A DNA stretch of 64,000 bases, taken from the NCBI GenBank assembly GCA_022813865.1, contig JALDZX010000006.1:62001-126000 (forward strand), read 5' to 3'. Made by a program: the position numbers and the translations under genes. Every line of letters starts with the position of its first letter. Positions within the stretch are counted from its first letter, which is position 1. The DNA comes from Xylographa opegraphella. Its lineage: Eukaryota. Of this stretch, positions 62,821 through 64,000 are shown piece by piece. A model generated the notes under the pieces. The model had not been told where the DNA came from, did no database searches, and saw only the letters and a program-made list of their open reading frames with translations.

Positions 62821-64000
62821 TTAGTCGTACCAAATGGCGTTCATGCCAAATCCCGGGTCTGGAATATCCAGTCGGGCGACCCTTGCCAAAAACTCTTCAT
62901 GGAAACGATAAATCTCCACACCTCCCTTGTGGTCATCGGTCAATGCGAGCCATTCGTCACTGAAGTCGCAGGGACTGATCGCGTTCGAGTGACCGCCGCT
63001 TGTAGGAGTGGGTTGAAGGAAGAGTTGTCGCTCGATATTGCCTACGGAGCCAATCTTGAAAGCGCTAATGTAGCCAGTGAGATCGAACGAGTTGGCTCGA
63101 GATGTAGCGAAGAGATACTTGCTACTTTGAGAAAGGCATACAATATCTGCTCTGTACATTTTGAGGTTGAGCCCTAGTGAGAATGTCAATATTGGCCAAC
63201 GAAGAGATCCGATACTTAGATTATGTACCTGGGGGTACTAAAGGATATGTCATGTGTGTGTACACTGGCAGATGCGTGCGTTCATCAATCACGTATACCG
63301 CAAGAGTATTCCCTGCTTCCATCAAGGCGTATAGATACTTTCCGCTCGGATGGATCTCGACCCATCGGGGGTGGTCTCCAGCAGAAGGCGCACCGAGACT
63401 ACCAACGAGTGTGAGATGGCCTGTTTCCGGGTCCTTTTTATGCGTCCAAATCTTGTCTCCCCACATGTCTGCAGAATAAAGATACATTTCCGAAGCATCA
63501 AAGACCATGCCATGTATGGCAGAATCGGGGCTGTATTCGTAATTCTGAATGTTCGACTCAAGCCCTCCACTCTCATTCACGGAAAAAACATTGCCATATC
63601 CAGCATACTTGTAGAACGGGTTGCCATAGACATTGAAGGGCGCTTTCTTAGCAGCGAGAACAAATATAGCCCTTGTATTGGAATCGGAGCTTGAAGCTTG
63701 GGCTACGAGAACATAAGAACAGGCGAGAGAACTAAAGGATGGTCGACACCTACGGTGCCCGCCAATGGGAAGTGAAGCATGGTGAACAATGTCGCTACTA
63801 CTCACCACATTGTAGCTAGAGAATTTTTTCATCGACGCTCCATAGATATTTTTCTTCGTGTGCTGAATACAAAGACATGGATGTTAAGCCGAAATATTTA
63901 ACATCGCACAAGAGAAGTCTACTCACGTCGAACGTCATCCAAGAAATGGGTTCATCATGAGGGATAGTAGTCTTCTTTATCAACTTCAGGCTCAGTGATT
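62821..64000 (-). CDS. 3-carboxy-cis,cis-muconate cyclase (fungal CMLE, lactonase beta-propeller), 5' end beyond the window
   Basis: PHDEPISWMTFD, KKNIYGASMKKFSSY, SAIHGMVFD, DHPRWV..HPSGKYLY, MYRAD, TSGGHSNA and GFGMNAIWYD*. Confidence 0.93.

Overview
Intron-rich, gene-dense chromosomal segment of a filamentous ascomycete (Pezizomycotina-type GT..CTRAC..YAG introns of about 50-60 nt). It is not prokaryotic, and I found no CRISPR array, rRNA, tRNA or intact transposon. About 25 loci are recognisable, mostly housekeeping: Par32-like, eIF3b/PRT1, DEK-C/SWIB (Uaf30/Tri1-like), SAM methyltransferase, MSH3, zinc-finger protein, BET2, RhoGAP, RRS1, RSM23/DAP3, pyruvate carboxylase, Kelch-BTB Ral2/Mds3-like, 1-Cys peroxiredoxin, maleylacetate reductase, JIP5, alpha/beta hydrolase, MARVEL protein, RBR E3 ligase, GH3 beta-xylosidase, and an adjacent pair of protocatechuate-branch 3-oxoadipate enzymes at the right edge. 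The points most worth following up are: (1) an 8-exon, ~1315-aa orphan gene (44572-48912) that the ORF track fragments, with an acidic N-terminus, coiled coil, three splice-assembled zinc-finger-like motifs, (PAATK)n repeats and a C-terminal NLS-like tail; (2) a damaged F-box + nucleotidyltransferase-like gene head-to-head with a triply disabled GNAT pseudogene; (3) a perfect 20-bp hairpin-forming tandem array in a palindrome-rich AT island; (4) recurring GC-rich islands with a C-rich to G-rich skew switch. Gene models were assembled by eye and family calls rest on motif recognition, not database searches. No novel system is proven.
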